Shown: positions 11,471 through 22,409, counted from the first letter of the stretch. The stretch is DNA of 64,000 nucleotides from Rubricoccaceae bacterium (GCA_963789285.1 CAWBJZ010000002.1:422322-486321), one strand, 5' to 3'. The notes: generated by a model not told the origin, from the letters alone. Program-made: numbers and translations.

Positions 11471-12955
11471 TTGGGCGTAGCCCCCTCCCCCCTGACCTTC
11501 GTCGCGCCGGACATGCTGACCGCGCTGGCGACCGCCACCGGAGACCGGCTCGACTGCAACGAGGCGTGGCGCGAGACCTTCGGCGAGGACGGCCTGTGGG
11601 ACCGCCTGCCCCCGGAGGACGCCCGGTTCGCCCAGGAGTACACCGTCGAGGCCGCGCGCGGCGCCGCCGTCACGCACCAGGTGTTCCTGATCGAGCCGAC
11701 GGTCGGGGCCGACGTCCCGACGCCGGTCCTGCTGCACTTCCTGCCCGTCAGCCTGCCGGACGTCGAGCGCGGCCAGTACCCCGTCTCCGTCACCGGCGAG
11801 GTGCTGAGGGAGCCCGCCAGCTGGGCGGCCGAGCAGACGCGCCGCCGCCGGATGGAGATGCTGGGGCGGATGGCGATGGGGATCGCGCACGACTTCAACA
11901 ACCTGCTGACGTCCGTGCTGGGCCACGCCGAGCTGCTCCAGGCCGACCTGGTCAAGCTCGACGCGCCCGGTGAGGCCCGCCAGCACCTCGCGTCGCTGGG
12001 CCGCGCGGCCCAGGACGGCGCCGCGCTGGTGCGCAAGATCCAGCAGTACATCCGCAACGAGAAGGACGACCGCTCCGAGCCGGTCGCGCTGGACCGCATC
12101 GCCGAGGAGGTGCTGACGCTGACGCGGCCGTACTGGTACAACGAGCCGCGCCGGCGCGGGATCGCCATCGAGATCGAGAGCGACCTGCGCCCCGTCCCCC
12201 CCATCCAGGGCACGCCGACGGAGCTGCGCGAGGTGCTGGTCAACCTGGTCCTGAACGCCGTCCAGGCCATGCCCGCCGGCGGCACGCTGACGATCCGCAC
12301 GGCGCGCGTGGGCGACCGCGCGGCCGCCATCGAGGTGGGCGACACCGGCGTCGGCATGAACAAGAGCGTGCGCCGCCGGATCTTCGAGCCCCTGTTCACG
12401 ACCAAGGGCTCCAGCGGCTCGGGGATGGGGCTGACCATGAGCCAGGGCATCGTCCAGGAGCACAACGGGCGGATCGACGTCGAGAGCGAGCCCGGGCGGG
12501 GCACGGTCTTCCGCCTCGTGTTCCCGTTCACCTCGCAGGCCCCCGCCCCCACGGCCGCGCCCTCCGCCGAGCCGTCGAAGGCGGGGGGGGTCCGGGTCCT
12601 GGTCGTGGACGACGAGCCGATGGTCCGGACGGTGACCACCAAGCTGCTCCGCCTGCGCGGCCACACCGTCCAGGACGCCGACGGCGGGCCGGCGGCGCTC
12701 GCGGTGCTGGCGGCCGAGACGTTCGACATCGTCGTCACCGACTTGTCGATGCCCGACATGAGCGGGCGCGAGCTGGCGGCCGTCATCCGCCAGCGGCACC
12801 CCGGCCTCCCGGTCCTGCTCCTGACCGGCGACACCGACGCCGACGTCGAGGGCGACGACATCGGCGCCGTCGTCAAGAAGCCGTTCCAGCTGGACACCCT
12901 AGACGCCGCCGTCCGCGAGGTCGCGGAGCAGGGCGGGCGGCCGCCGGCCGTCTAG
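11471..12955 (+). CDS. Hybrid sensor histidine kinase/response regulator
   Basis: H-box IAHDFNNLL, N-box NLVLNA, DTGVG, FTTK, GMGL, receiver VLVVDDE...TDLSMP; exact start uncertain. Confidence 0.9.
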   Translation: MGVAPSPLTFVAPDMLTALATATGDRLDCNEAWRETFGEDGLWDRLPPEDARFAQEYTVEAARGAAVTHQVFLIEPTVGADVPTPVLLHFLPVSLPDVERGQYPVSVTGEVLREPASWAAEQTRRRRMEMLGRMAMGIAHDFNNLLTSVLGHAELLQADLVKLDAPGEARQHLASLGRAAQDGAALVRKIQQYIRNEKDDRSEPVALDRIAEEVLTLTRPYWYNEPRRRGIAIEIESDLRPVPPIQGTPTELREVLVNLVLNAVQAMPAGGTLTIRTARVGDRAAAIEVGDTGVGMNKSVRRRIFEPLFTTKGSSGSGMGLTMSQGIVQEHNGRIDVESEPGRGTVFRLVFPFTSQAPAPTAAPSAEPSKAGGVRVLVVDDEPMVRTVTTKLLRLRGHTVQDADGGPAALAVLAAETFDIVVTDLSMPDMSGRELAAVIRQRHPGLPVLLLTGDTDADVEGDDIGAVVKKPFQLDTLDAAVREVAEQGGRPPAV

Positions 12956-13515
12956 AACCGCCCGAAGCCCAGGCCCAGCATCACGTGCCCGGTCCCGACT
13001 TCGAGCCGCCCGTAGGCAGCACCCGCCAGCTGGCCGGTGACGGCGCCGTAGACGCCCTCCCCCCCGCCGCCGCGCAGGCCGACGCCCACCAGCGCCGCGC
13101 CGTCGCCAAGCGCCAGCCGCAGGCCGGTCTCGGCGCTCAGCGCGCCGCGCACCACGCTGGTGCCGCACGCGCCCGGCGACGGGTCGTCCGTCAGGACGCG
13201 GCGGCACGTGCCGCCGCCGTAAACGGGCAGCCCGTCGTCGCCGTAGTAGAGCACGTCGCGGTCCTGGTAGTAGCCGGTCCCGCCCTCGGTCAAGGCCGTT
13301 AGCTCGGGGCGGAGCGCGCCGTAGGCGGCCACGGCGCCCGGCGTGCGGACGGTGAACAGGCCGGCGACGCCCAGCGCGAGGTCTGGGGCCTCGGCGCCCG
13401 CCAGTCGGTAGCTGCCGGCTACAACGTCGCCGCCGGCGCGGACGACCAGTTGGGCGTGAGCGGGCGCCGCGCCGGCGACGGCCAAGGCGGTGAACAGAAG
13501 CGCGGTGCGCATCAT
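12952..13515 (-). CDS. Secreted hypothetical protein, possibly a small outer-membrane beta-barrel
   Basis: Signal peptide MRTALLFTALAVAGAAPAHAQ; C-terminal LGLGFGRF. Confidence 0.55.
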   Translation of the reverse strand: MMRTALLFTALAVAGAAPAHAQLVVRAGGDVVAGSYRLAGAEAPDLALGVAGLFTVRTPGAVAAYGALRPELTALTEGGTGYYQDRDVLYYGDDGLPVYGGGTCRRVLTDDPSPGACGTSVVRGALSAETGLRLALGDGAALVGVGLRGGGGEGVYGAVTGQLAGAAYGRLEVGTGHVMLGLGFGRF

Positions 13516-13583
13516 TTTCGAACGGGTGGGGCGACGATAGCCGCGGGCTCCCGACCGGAGGTCACGACGGGCCGATCGAGGAC

Positions 13584-14520
13584 TCAGCCCCAGCGCCGCG
13601 CCATCAGGCTCTCGCCCACCTCGGGCTCCGGCTCGTCGGGCGGGGTGAGGTTGAAGAAGGCCACCATCGCCTCGAACAGCTCGGGGTGGTGGCGGCGCAA
13701 CCGCGCCGGGCGCTCGAAGAACTGCTCGGTCGCGACGGCGAACAGCTCGGCCGGGGCGGTGCCGGCGTAGGCGCGCAGGATCCCGTCGCCGCGCTGGGCA
13801 CGCCGCATCTCGGCCTTGACCAACTGGCGCCAGGCGTCGGCGGAGCGGGCGTCCAGGAACGACGGGGCGCCGTCGGCCTCCCAGCCCTCGAAGTCGAACA
13901 CGTGGGCGAGCTCGTGGAGGACCACGTTGCTGCCGTTCGGCGCGCGCCCAGCCCTGGCGCACGGCCCGGACCGACAGCACGACGGGCCCTTGGGAGTGCA
14001 CCATGCCGTCGTACAGCCCGGGCTCCTCGTCGCCGTAGGCCTCGTCGAAGGTGTCGGGCACGAACAGGATGCTCCGCTCGCGCGGCAGCTCCCAGTCGGG
14101 GTGGCCGTGGAGCATCAGCGCCCCACCGGCGGCGACCGCCAGCTTGAGCTCGTCCGTCGGCTGAGCTTGGTGCACGCCGTCGAAGGTGAGCTCGTCGGCC
14201 AGCCAGACGGCGTCGCGCTCGAACCGGCGCTGCTCGGCGGCGGGGAGCCCGGCGTAGAGCCGGACGTTCTCGCGCAGCCACCGGCGCCACGCTTGGGGGA
14301 CCGGGCGCCGCGCCAGCCGCAGCCTCCGGAGCGGCTTCCGCGCCGACCACCCGACCACGCTCAGCCACACTGCCAGCGCGACGCCCCAGCCGACGGGCTC
14401 GGACGTCAGCCGAGTCGCCACCAGGCCCGTAAGCATCGCGCCGACGGCGCCGCCCAGGGCGGGCACGAGCAGGTCGCTGGGGCGTGCGGCGCGCATGAAG
14501 GTCGAGGGCGAACGGGACAC
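13584..14520 (-). CDS. MtfA/M90 zinc-dependent peptidase with a frameshift near 13935
   Basis: N-terminal half in ORF 12952..14520 (QGPVVLS); C-terminal half in ORF 13584..13925 (NVVLHELAH, ELFAVATEQFFERP). Confidence 0.8.
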
Positions 14521-14636
14521 GGACGGGGCTGAGGAGTTTACGGACCGCTGCGGTCGCCTCCGCGGAGCACGCTCGCCCGGTTGATTGGCGAGCCGGACCC
14601 GGCAGGCGATCCCTTCTCCCCGACCCCGCCCGCTTG

Positions 14637-17156
<2,520 letters not shown>

Positions 17157-17227
17157 GACCCTCCATCCCACTGGCGGGTGACGTGGGCTGGGACGCTCAC
17201 TCTGTACGACTCCTAGATCTCTCCTGC

Positions 17228-17350
17228 TTCAAACAGTTGAACGCTCAGCCGCCCCAGGCTGAGGGCGCGGTGGCGGCGCGGAGCGCAGAATACGCCGGCG
17301 GCTGGCCGGACCGAGAACGCGAGCGCTTAGGGTCGGCCTGCAGCGGCGGG
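17228..17350 (-). other. Integron attC site, distal part; its R'' box lies on the far side of the IS at 18749-18755
   Basis: Minus strand reads CCGCCG-CTGCAG-GCCGACCC...GGGCGG-CTGAG-CGTTCAACT-GTTTGAA; removing the IS gives a 129-bp site homologous to 19007-19135. Confidence 0.8.
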
Positions 17351-17400
17351 ATCATTCCAATCAGGATGTCTTCCTTGAGATCCCACTCCCCGCCGCTGCC

Positions 17401-18501
17401 ATGACGCCCGACTACTTCACCGGACTCGACCTCCACAAGCGCTCCGTCACCGCCACCACGCTCGACGCCGCAGGCGCGGTCGTCGCCACGGCCAAGATGC
17501 CGTGCCGACCGAAGGCGCTGCTCGCCTACTTCGCCCAGCAGCCCGGACGCCACGCCGCGACCGTCGAGTGCACCACCGGCTGGTACTGGGTCAAGGACGC
17601 GCTGGCGGGCCGGACCGACGGCGGACCGGAGGTTGAGCTGACGCTGGCCCATGCCAAGGGTGTCAAGGCCATCGCCTCGGCCAAGGTCAAGACCGACAGC
17701 GCCGATGCGGCCATGCTGGCGCATCTTCTGCGGACCGATCTCCTGCCCGAAGCCCACATGGTCTCCGACGAGATGCGACCGCTCCGCGACGTGCTCCGTG
17801 CTCGACTCAAGCTCGTCGAGCGCCGCGTGGCCGCCCAGAACTCCATCGCCCGGCTCCTGGAGAAGCACAACGCGCGCGACGTAGCGGACCTCGACACCTT
17901 CGGACAGCTCCAGGCCGAGACCCACGTCGAGCAGGCCGAGCTCCTCCACCGCCAGGTCAAGCGGCTGGAGAGCGCGCTCGTGCCCCACCTCGTCCCCGAC
18001 GCCGACGTCCAGCGGCTGCTCCGCATCCCGGGCATCGGCAAGGCCTGCGCCTTCTCGATCCGCCTCGAAGTCGACGACATCGCGCGCTTCGCCAGCGACC
18101 GCGCCTTCTTCAGCTACTGCCGCCTCGTCCCGGGCGCCGACAACTCCGGCGACCGCGTCCGCCACAAGCGGAGCCGCGACGGCAATCGCTACCTCAAGCT
18201 GGCTTTCTCTCACGCCAGCGTCCGGGCCATCCAGTACTACCCCGAAGTCAAGGCGTGGTACGGCTCGAAGCGGCGGAAGAAGCCGGAGGCCATCGCCCGC
18301 GCGCTGGTCGCCAAGGAGATCGCCCGCATCGCGTACCACGTGCTGCGCAAGCACCAAGACTTCAACGGCCAGTTCAAAGGGCGACCTCTGAGCCGGACGA
18401 AGAAGGAGCTATGGCCCCTACTCGCAAGCCCGGCCGTTAGAACTGGCGACGGCGGCCGCGAAAGCGACCGACCGCCCTCGGTGGGAATGGGAAGCGGGTA
18501 G
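17401..18501 (+). CDS. IS110 family transposase/recombinase
   Basis: GLDLHK (D), VECTTG (E), KTDSADA (DD), IPGIG, PGADNSG catalytic-Ser loop, GNRYLK. Confidence 0.95.
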   Translation: MTPDYFTGLDLHKRSVTATTLDAAGAVVATAKMPCRPKALLAYFAQQPGRHAATVECTTGWYWVKDALAGRTDGGPEVELTLAHAKGVKAIASAKVKTDSADAAMLAHLLRTDLLPEAHMVSDEMRPLRDVLRARLKLVERRVAAQNSIARLLEKHNARDVADLDTFGQLQAETHVEQAELLHRQVKRLESALVPHLVPDADVQRLLRIPGIGKACAFSIRLEVDDIARFASDRAFFSYCRLVPGADNSGDRVRHKRSRDGNRYLKLAFSHASVRAIQYYPEVKAWYGSKRRKKPEAIARALVAKEIARIAYHVLRKHQDFNGQFKGRPLSRTKKELWPLLASPAVRTGDGGRESDRPPSVGMGSG

Positions 18502-18504
18502 GCG

Positions 18505-18710
18505 TGCCGCCGACAGAGATCTGGGACGGCGTGGCCCGCGCACGCCCGTCGTCGTGACCGACGGCGAGAGCCCGTATGGGGGTGTGGCCCGCCAGCGCTT
18601 CGAGGAGCGACTGACGAGGACCGACCCGATCTGACGCCGCGGTGCCGATGCTCCGACAAACCGAGCGCCCCCCAGATCTAGGGGTGCAGGGCGAGACTGC
18701 CCCTACGACT
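18505..18710 (+). ncRNA. Candidate bridge/seek RNA in the IS right end; may begin within the 3' end of the transposase ORF
   Basis: ~250-nt non-coding right end; AGATCTGGG(18517-25)/CCCAGATCT(18671-79) closing stem, internal hairpins, TATGGGGG (18575-82) identical to the IS right terminus. Confidence 0.55.
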
Positions 18711-18725
18711 CGAAAAACGCCCCAC

Positions 18726-18731
18726 TTGACA
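18726..18731 (+). promoter_or_regulatory. Outward-facing -35 box that completes a promoter at the IS circle junction
   Basis: TTGACA, 17 nt spacer, then G|ATCAT once the right end is joined to the left end at 17351. Confidence 0.65.
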
Positions 18732-18740
18732 AAGACCTGA

Positions 18741-18995
18741 TTATGGGGGTTCTACCGCGCCGCGCCTAAGAGCGCTTTCTGTAGAGCCATCGAGTCGCTC
18801 GATGATTCGGATCTGCTGCTTGTACAGAACCAGCATCGCCATTCCAGTGGCGAGCGCACCGATGAGGGCGAAGATGGTGGACCAGAGCACCAGACCGCCA
18901 GTGACCGGGGACTCCGGGCCAGTGAGCCCGATGACCATGAACAGCGGCCCGAAGCTCGCCGCGGAGGGAAAGAGAGATCGGACTAGAGGCGACAT
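18741..18995 (-). CDS. Small membrane protein carried as an integron gene cassette
   Basis: Two hydrophobic segments; lower GC; bounded by GTTCTACCGCG/CGCGGTAGAAC cassette ends; the current stop codon comes from the IS end. Confidence 0.6.
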   Translation of the reverse strand: MSPLVRSLFPSAASFGPLFMVIGLTGPESPVTGGLVLWSTIFALIGALATGMAMLVLYKQQIRIIERLDGSTESALRRGAVEPP

Positions 18996-19006
18996 GGTAC
19001 AGCGCG

Positions 19007-19135
19007 GTAGAACAGAGGCGTTTCAGCCGCCGAGAGGTGACGGTGTAGCGATTGATCGAAGCTATACTGGCGGCGCTGCTCGGAACGAGCCGAGAACGCT
19101 GACCCTCTCGGTCGGCCTGCAAGCGCGGGTTAGGC
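19007..19135 (-). other. Complete integron attC site (129 bp)
   Basis: Minus strand GCCTAAC-CCGCGC-TTGCAG-GCCGACCGAGAGG...CCTCTCGGCGG-CTGAA-ACGCCTCT-GTTCTAC: R'', L'', L', R' boxes in an imperfect palindrome directly after a stop codon. Confidence 0.85.
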
Positions 19136-19138
19136 CGC

Positions 19139-19546
19139 CTACTCGCGGACGTATACCTCCAACGCGCCGGGCGGTATCACTCCCCGGGTCGGTACGACGC
19201 TCACCTCACGCTCTAGGACACGCGACCCGATCTCTCCGTACCGGGCCGTAAGGGACGGCGCTGTGGCTTCCGCGTCGTCGGTACGCACGGCTAGCGTGGT
19301 CATCGCCTCCTCGCCTGGCCCCATCGACATCATGTAGAGGTGAACGGCCTGGATCGCGGGGTCCTGCGCGAACGCAGCGCTGAGGACTTCGGCGTAGCCC
19401 TCCGGCAAGTCGACCGGCTCGGTGATGGACACAACTCGGGTCTCGGTCGTCACTGCCCCAGAAGGAGCGGCAGGAGGACTCTCTTCCACAACCTGAGGTG
19501 CGGGTGAGCAGGCTGCTAAAAACACGAGGGCGAAGAGGAGGCGCAT
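19139..19546 (-). CDS. Lipoprotein carried as a gene cassette; possible SseB C-terminal-like domain
   Basis: Lipobox MRLLFALVFLAAC; flanked by 12-bp inverted cassette ends AGGCGGCCTAAC/GTTAGGCCGCCT. Confidence 0.65.
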   Translation of the reverse strand: MRLLFALVFLAACSPAPQVVEESPPAAPSGAVTTETRVVSITEPVDLPEGYAEVLSAAFAQDPAIQAVHLYMMSMGPGEEAMTTLAVRTDDAEATAPSLTARYGEIGSRVLEREVSVVPTRGVIPPGALEVYVRE

Positions 19547-19566
19547 GGCGGGGTGGTATGAAGGCG

Positions 19567-19592
19567 GCCTAACGGATGGGCGTTCAGCGGCT
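19567..19592 (-). other. Truncated attC (L'/R' half only) at the head of the array
   Basis: Minus strand GCCG-CTGAA-CGCCCATCC-GTTAGGC; no matching R''/L'' seen upstream. Confidence 0.6.
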
Positions 19593-19660
19593 TAAAGCGT
19601 GATAAACCCGGAGGCCCTTCGCTGGGCGACGCCCCAGGGTACGCCCCCTGCCGTCCGGAG

Positions 19661-20119
19661 TCAACGAGCTACCCCCCCCGACTGGCGGGACCGGGGGTGC
19701 GCCCACGTCGCGGCGAGCGACAGCGCCGCCGCGACCGCCAGCATCCCAGGCGCGAACGCCGGGTTGCCGCCCGGCAGCGTGTCCCAGATGCGCTCAGCCA
19801 CGCTCTCCAGCGGCGTGACGTCGAGCGAGAACGTCAGGTTGCCCCACAGGTGGAAACCGACCCCGAGCACGCCCACCGCCAGCGTGGCGACGCCGATCCA
19901 CCGGACGGCCGCCAGCACGGTCGGCCCCGGCCGGCGCCACGCCCACGCGCTCGCCGCCAGCCCCAGGCCAACGGCGACCAGCGCGATCCACTGGCGCCAG
20001 CCGTGGAAGTGCTCGGCCAGGCCGAGCTCGACGGCCGAGCCGAGGTACACCGCTAGGGCCACGCCCCACAGGGCGGACCTCAGCCGCTCCTCGATAGACC
20101 GATCAGGACTCCGGTTCAC
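19661..20119 (-). CDS. Membrane hypothetical protein
   Basis: Four hydrophobic segments; ELGLAEH, GVGFHLWGN, NPAFAPG; overlaps the upstream gene. Confidence 0.65.
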   Translation of the reverse strand: MNRSPDRSIEERLRSALWGVALAVYLGSAVELGLAEHFHGWRQWIALVAVGLGLAASAWAWRRPGPTVLAAVRWIGVATLAVGVLGVGFHLWGNLTFSLDVTPLESVAERIWDTLPGGNPAFAPGMLAVAAALSLAATWAHPRSRQSGGVAR

Positions 20120-20625
20120 TCGACGGCGATGTACATCCGCGCGGCCTCGACGTCGGACTCGCCCGAGATGGACTGGTACGCCGTCATGAACGCGCCGACG
20201 GAGGCGTAGGGCATCCCCTCCTCCAGTTGCTCGGCCTCTTGGGGCGACACGCCGGGCAGCTGCGCCAACGTCTCGGCGTCGCTGCCCTGGAGGTTGACGG
20301 GCACGAACACCATCCGCTCGTACTCCGCCAGCTTCTCCGCGTCGTCGTTGATGTACTTCCCGATCTGCTGCCGGAACTGGCGGACCGACGTGTACGGCCG
20401 GTACTCGTCGAACTCGTGCGCCATCTTGTCCCCGATGCCGAGCGCCTTGAAGTCGTCCTCGGTCGCGGTGTTGAGGTTGAGGCGGTCCGAAGGTGCCATC
20501 TGGGCCGCGGCCACCTCCTCGACGGGCGGGTCCGAGGCGGGCTCCGCGATGCTCATCGGGTCGGGCTCGGGGTCGTCGGTCTGGCAGGCGACCAGGAGGA
20601 GGGGAAGCAGAAGGAGGAATCGCAT
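20116..20625 (-). CDS. Lipoprotein with ComEA-like helix-hairpin-helix repeats
   Basis: Lipobox LLVAC; LNLNTAT...LGIG and VNL...LAQLPGVS repeats. Confidence 0.7.
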   Translation of the reverse strand: MRFLLLLPLLLVACQTDDPEPDPMSIAEPASDPPVEEVAAAQMAPSDRLNLNTATEDDFKALGIGDKMAHEFDEYRPYTSVRQFRQQIGKYINDDAEKLAEYERMVFVPVNLQGSDAETLAQLPGVSPQEAEQLEEGMPYASVGAFMTAYQSISGESDVEAARMYIAVE

Positions 20626-20626
20626 G

Positions 20627-22267
20627 TCAGGGGGAGTCGAGCAGGGAGAGGACGAGGGGCGTCACGTCGAGCTGGGTCGGGGCGTCCCCGACGGCCTGGC
20701 GGACGGCGTCGCGCAGGGCCGGGCCGTCGCTGTCCGAACGCGCGACCCACAACGAGATGTACGACTGGTCGGGCGAGGCGCCGCCGTGGCCGGAGTGCTG
20801 CGGAGAGCCAAAGTAGAACCGCTCCTCGATGGGCTGGCCCTCCCCCGCCTTTGCCAGCAGCAGGATGTCGCCGGCGCGGTGGCCCAGCGGACCGTCCGTC
20901 AGCCAGCCGACGCGTTGCTCGAAGGCCGCCAGGTCCGAGCGGGACGACTGGCGCAGGTACTCCGGGATCGAGATCAGGCGGTCCCGGTGGAGCACGCGGT
21001 ACGGCGGCGAGGTCCGGCCGGTCGGGTCGGAGGCCCGGGCGAGGACCACGTCGAGGGCGCCCGACAGCCCTCCGACGCCGGTCGTGTCGCCGTCGCTGGC
21101 GGCGCGGAAGGCCCGGGCCAGCGGGAGCACGTCGTCACGGAGCCGGGGCGCGACGGACCAGTCGCACGGGGCGCCCTCCGCGCACGTCGTCGCGTTGGCG
21201 AGGTAGACGAGCGCGACGGCCTCGTTGTAGACCATCACCACGTTGGCGTCCGAGGAGTCGGCGTCGATGGTGAAGTCGCGCAGGCGGTAGCCGAGCGCGT
21301 CCAATAGAGCCGGCGGCTCGTCGCGGCCCCCCACGCCCAGGTGGTTGCGGTCGGTCTCCAGCCGGTCGACGTGGCCGTGGTCGGAGACCAGGACGACGGT
21401 CGTCCCGTCGAGCACGCCGCGCTCGCGGTACAGGTCCAAAAGATCGCCAAGGTCGGGGTCGATCTCGTCGCGGAGGTAGACGCGCTGGGCCTCCTCGCCG
21501 CCGGCGTGCGTCGCGAGGTCGACGCCGGGGAAGTAGGCGACCTGCAGGTCGGGGACGCCGTAGCCCTCGAACCCGCGCTCGACGCCCTCGACCGCGTCGT
21601 CGTCGATCTCCTCGTACAGCTCGTCGGCCCCGCCGGCGACGGACTCGAAGGCGCCTTGGATCAGGTCGCCGAAGTCGTTGAGGTCGGGCGGGGTCAGGAG
21701 ATCGGCGCCGCGGTAGACGAAGCCCAGCGACACGTGCGCGCGGCGGTCGGCGCGCTCGAACAGCGTCGGCGTCTGGATCAGGTCGCTGAACAGGCGGTCG
21801 GTCCAGATCTGCAACGTCTGCTCGATCGTGCCGACCGACAGCGGGACGGGCGCGAACGCCGCGAGCGAGTCGCGGTCGAACCACTCGTTCCCCGCGATGC
21901 CGGACTCGGCCGGGGGCGTGCCGGTAAAGACGGCCGCCCACCCCGCCGCGGTCTCGGCCGGCAGGACCGCCGGGACCGACCGCGCTTGGTAGGCGTGGTC
22001 GTACACCCCGCCCCCTTGCGGCTCGCCCAGGAACGCCGCCAGCCGGGGCATGTCGCCGTCGGCGAGCGCTTCCGCGAGTCGGTCCTGGCCTATGCCGTCG
22101 AGCGCGATCACGAGCACGCGTGGCCCGTCGGTCGCGGGGCGCATGGGCTCGTTCAGCACCCGCTCGCCGCCCTGGGACACCATCTCTCTGATCTCGTCCG
22201 CGGTCCCACTCAAGGAGGAGCACCCGGCGAGGGACAGGAGAAGGAGAGTGGCGGTGAAGGGCCTCAT
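20627..22267 (-). CDS. Alkaline phosphatase superfamily (nucleotide pyrophosphatase/phosphodiesterase) lipoprotein
   Basis: Lipobox LAGC, VIALDG, TGTPPAESGIAGN, DLATH, VSDHG, HGG. Confidence 0.8.
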   Translation of the reverse strand: MRPFTATLLLLSLAGCSSLSGTADEIREMVSQGGERVLNEPMRPATDGPRVLVIALDGIGQDRLAEALADGDMPRLAAFLGEPQGGGVYDHAYQARSVPAVLPAETAAGWAAVFTGTPPAESGIAGNEWFDRDSLAAFAPVPLSVGTIEQTLQIWTDRLFSDLIQTPTLFERADRRAHVSLGFVYRGADLLTPPDLNDFGDLIQGAFESVAGGADELYEEIDDDAVEGVERGFEGYGVPDLQVAYFPGVDLATHAGGEEAQRVYLRDEIDPDLGDLLDLYRERGVLDGTTVVLVSDHGHVDRLETDRNHLGVGGRDEPPALLDALGYRLRDFTIDADSSDANVVMVYNEAVALVYLANATTCAEGAPCDWSVAPRLRDDVLPLARAFRAASDGDTTGVGGLSGALDVVLARASDPTGRTSPPYRVLHRDRLISIPEYLRQSSRSDLAAFEQRVGWLTDGPLGHRAGDILLLAKAGEGQPIEERFYFGSPQHSGHGGASPDQSYISLWVARSDSDGPALRDAVRQAVGDAPTQLDVTPLVLSLLDSP

Positions 22268-22409
22268 GCGTGGGCGGATGGCCGGGTCGGGGGGCCTCAA
22301 CGCGTCGCCCTCGCGCGGGCTCCGGCCGCGACCGTTCTACACAGTCGGCCCCCACGTCACACGGTTGTCACACTCCCCATGCGATCCTCCGGCATCCCCC
22401 CGCGCCACC

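Larger units (their letters stand above)
17351..18749 (+). mobile_element. IS110-family (IS1111-like) insertion sequence inserted in an attC site
   Basis: DEDD transposase; sub-terminal IR AATCAGG (17359-65)/CCTGATT (18736-42); TTGACA near the right end; flanks rejoin to an intact attC; ends ambiguous by a few nt within a G-run. Confidence 0.88.

Noticed and set aside
12952-14520. 522-aa peptidase/secreted-protein fusion
   Set aside because: Artefact of the MtfA frameshift running into a separate gene with its own signal peptide.
17205-17222. TACGACTC and AGAGATCTAGGA-like matches between this flank and the IS right end (18515-26, 18704-11)
   Set aside because: Short, in inconsistent orientations and about 130 nt from the insertion point; cannot be distinguished from chance.
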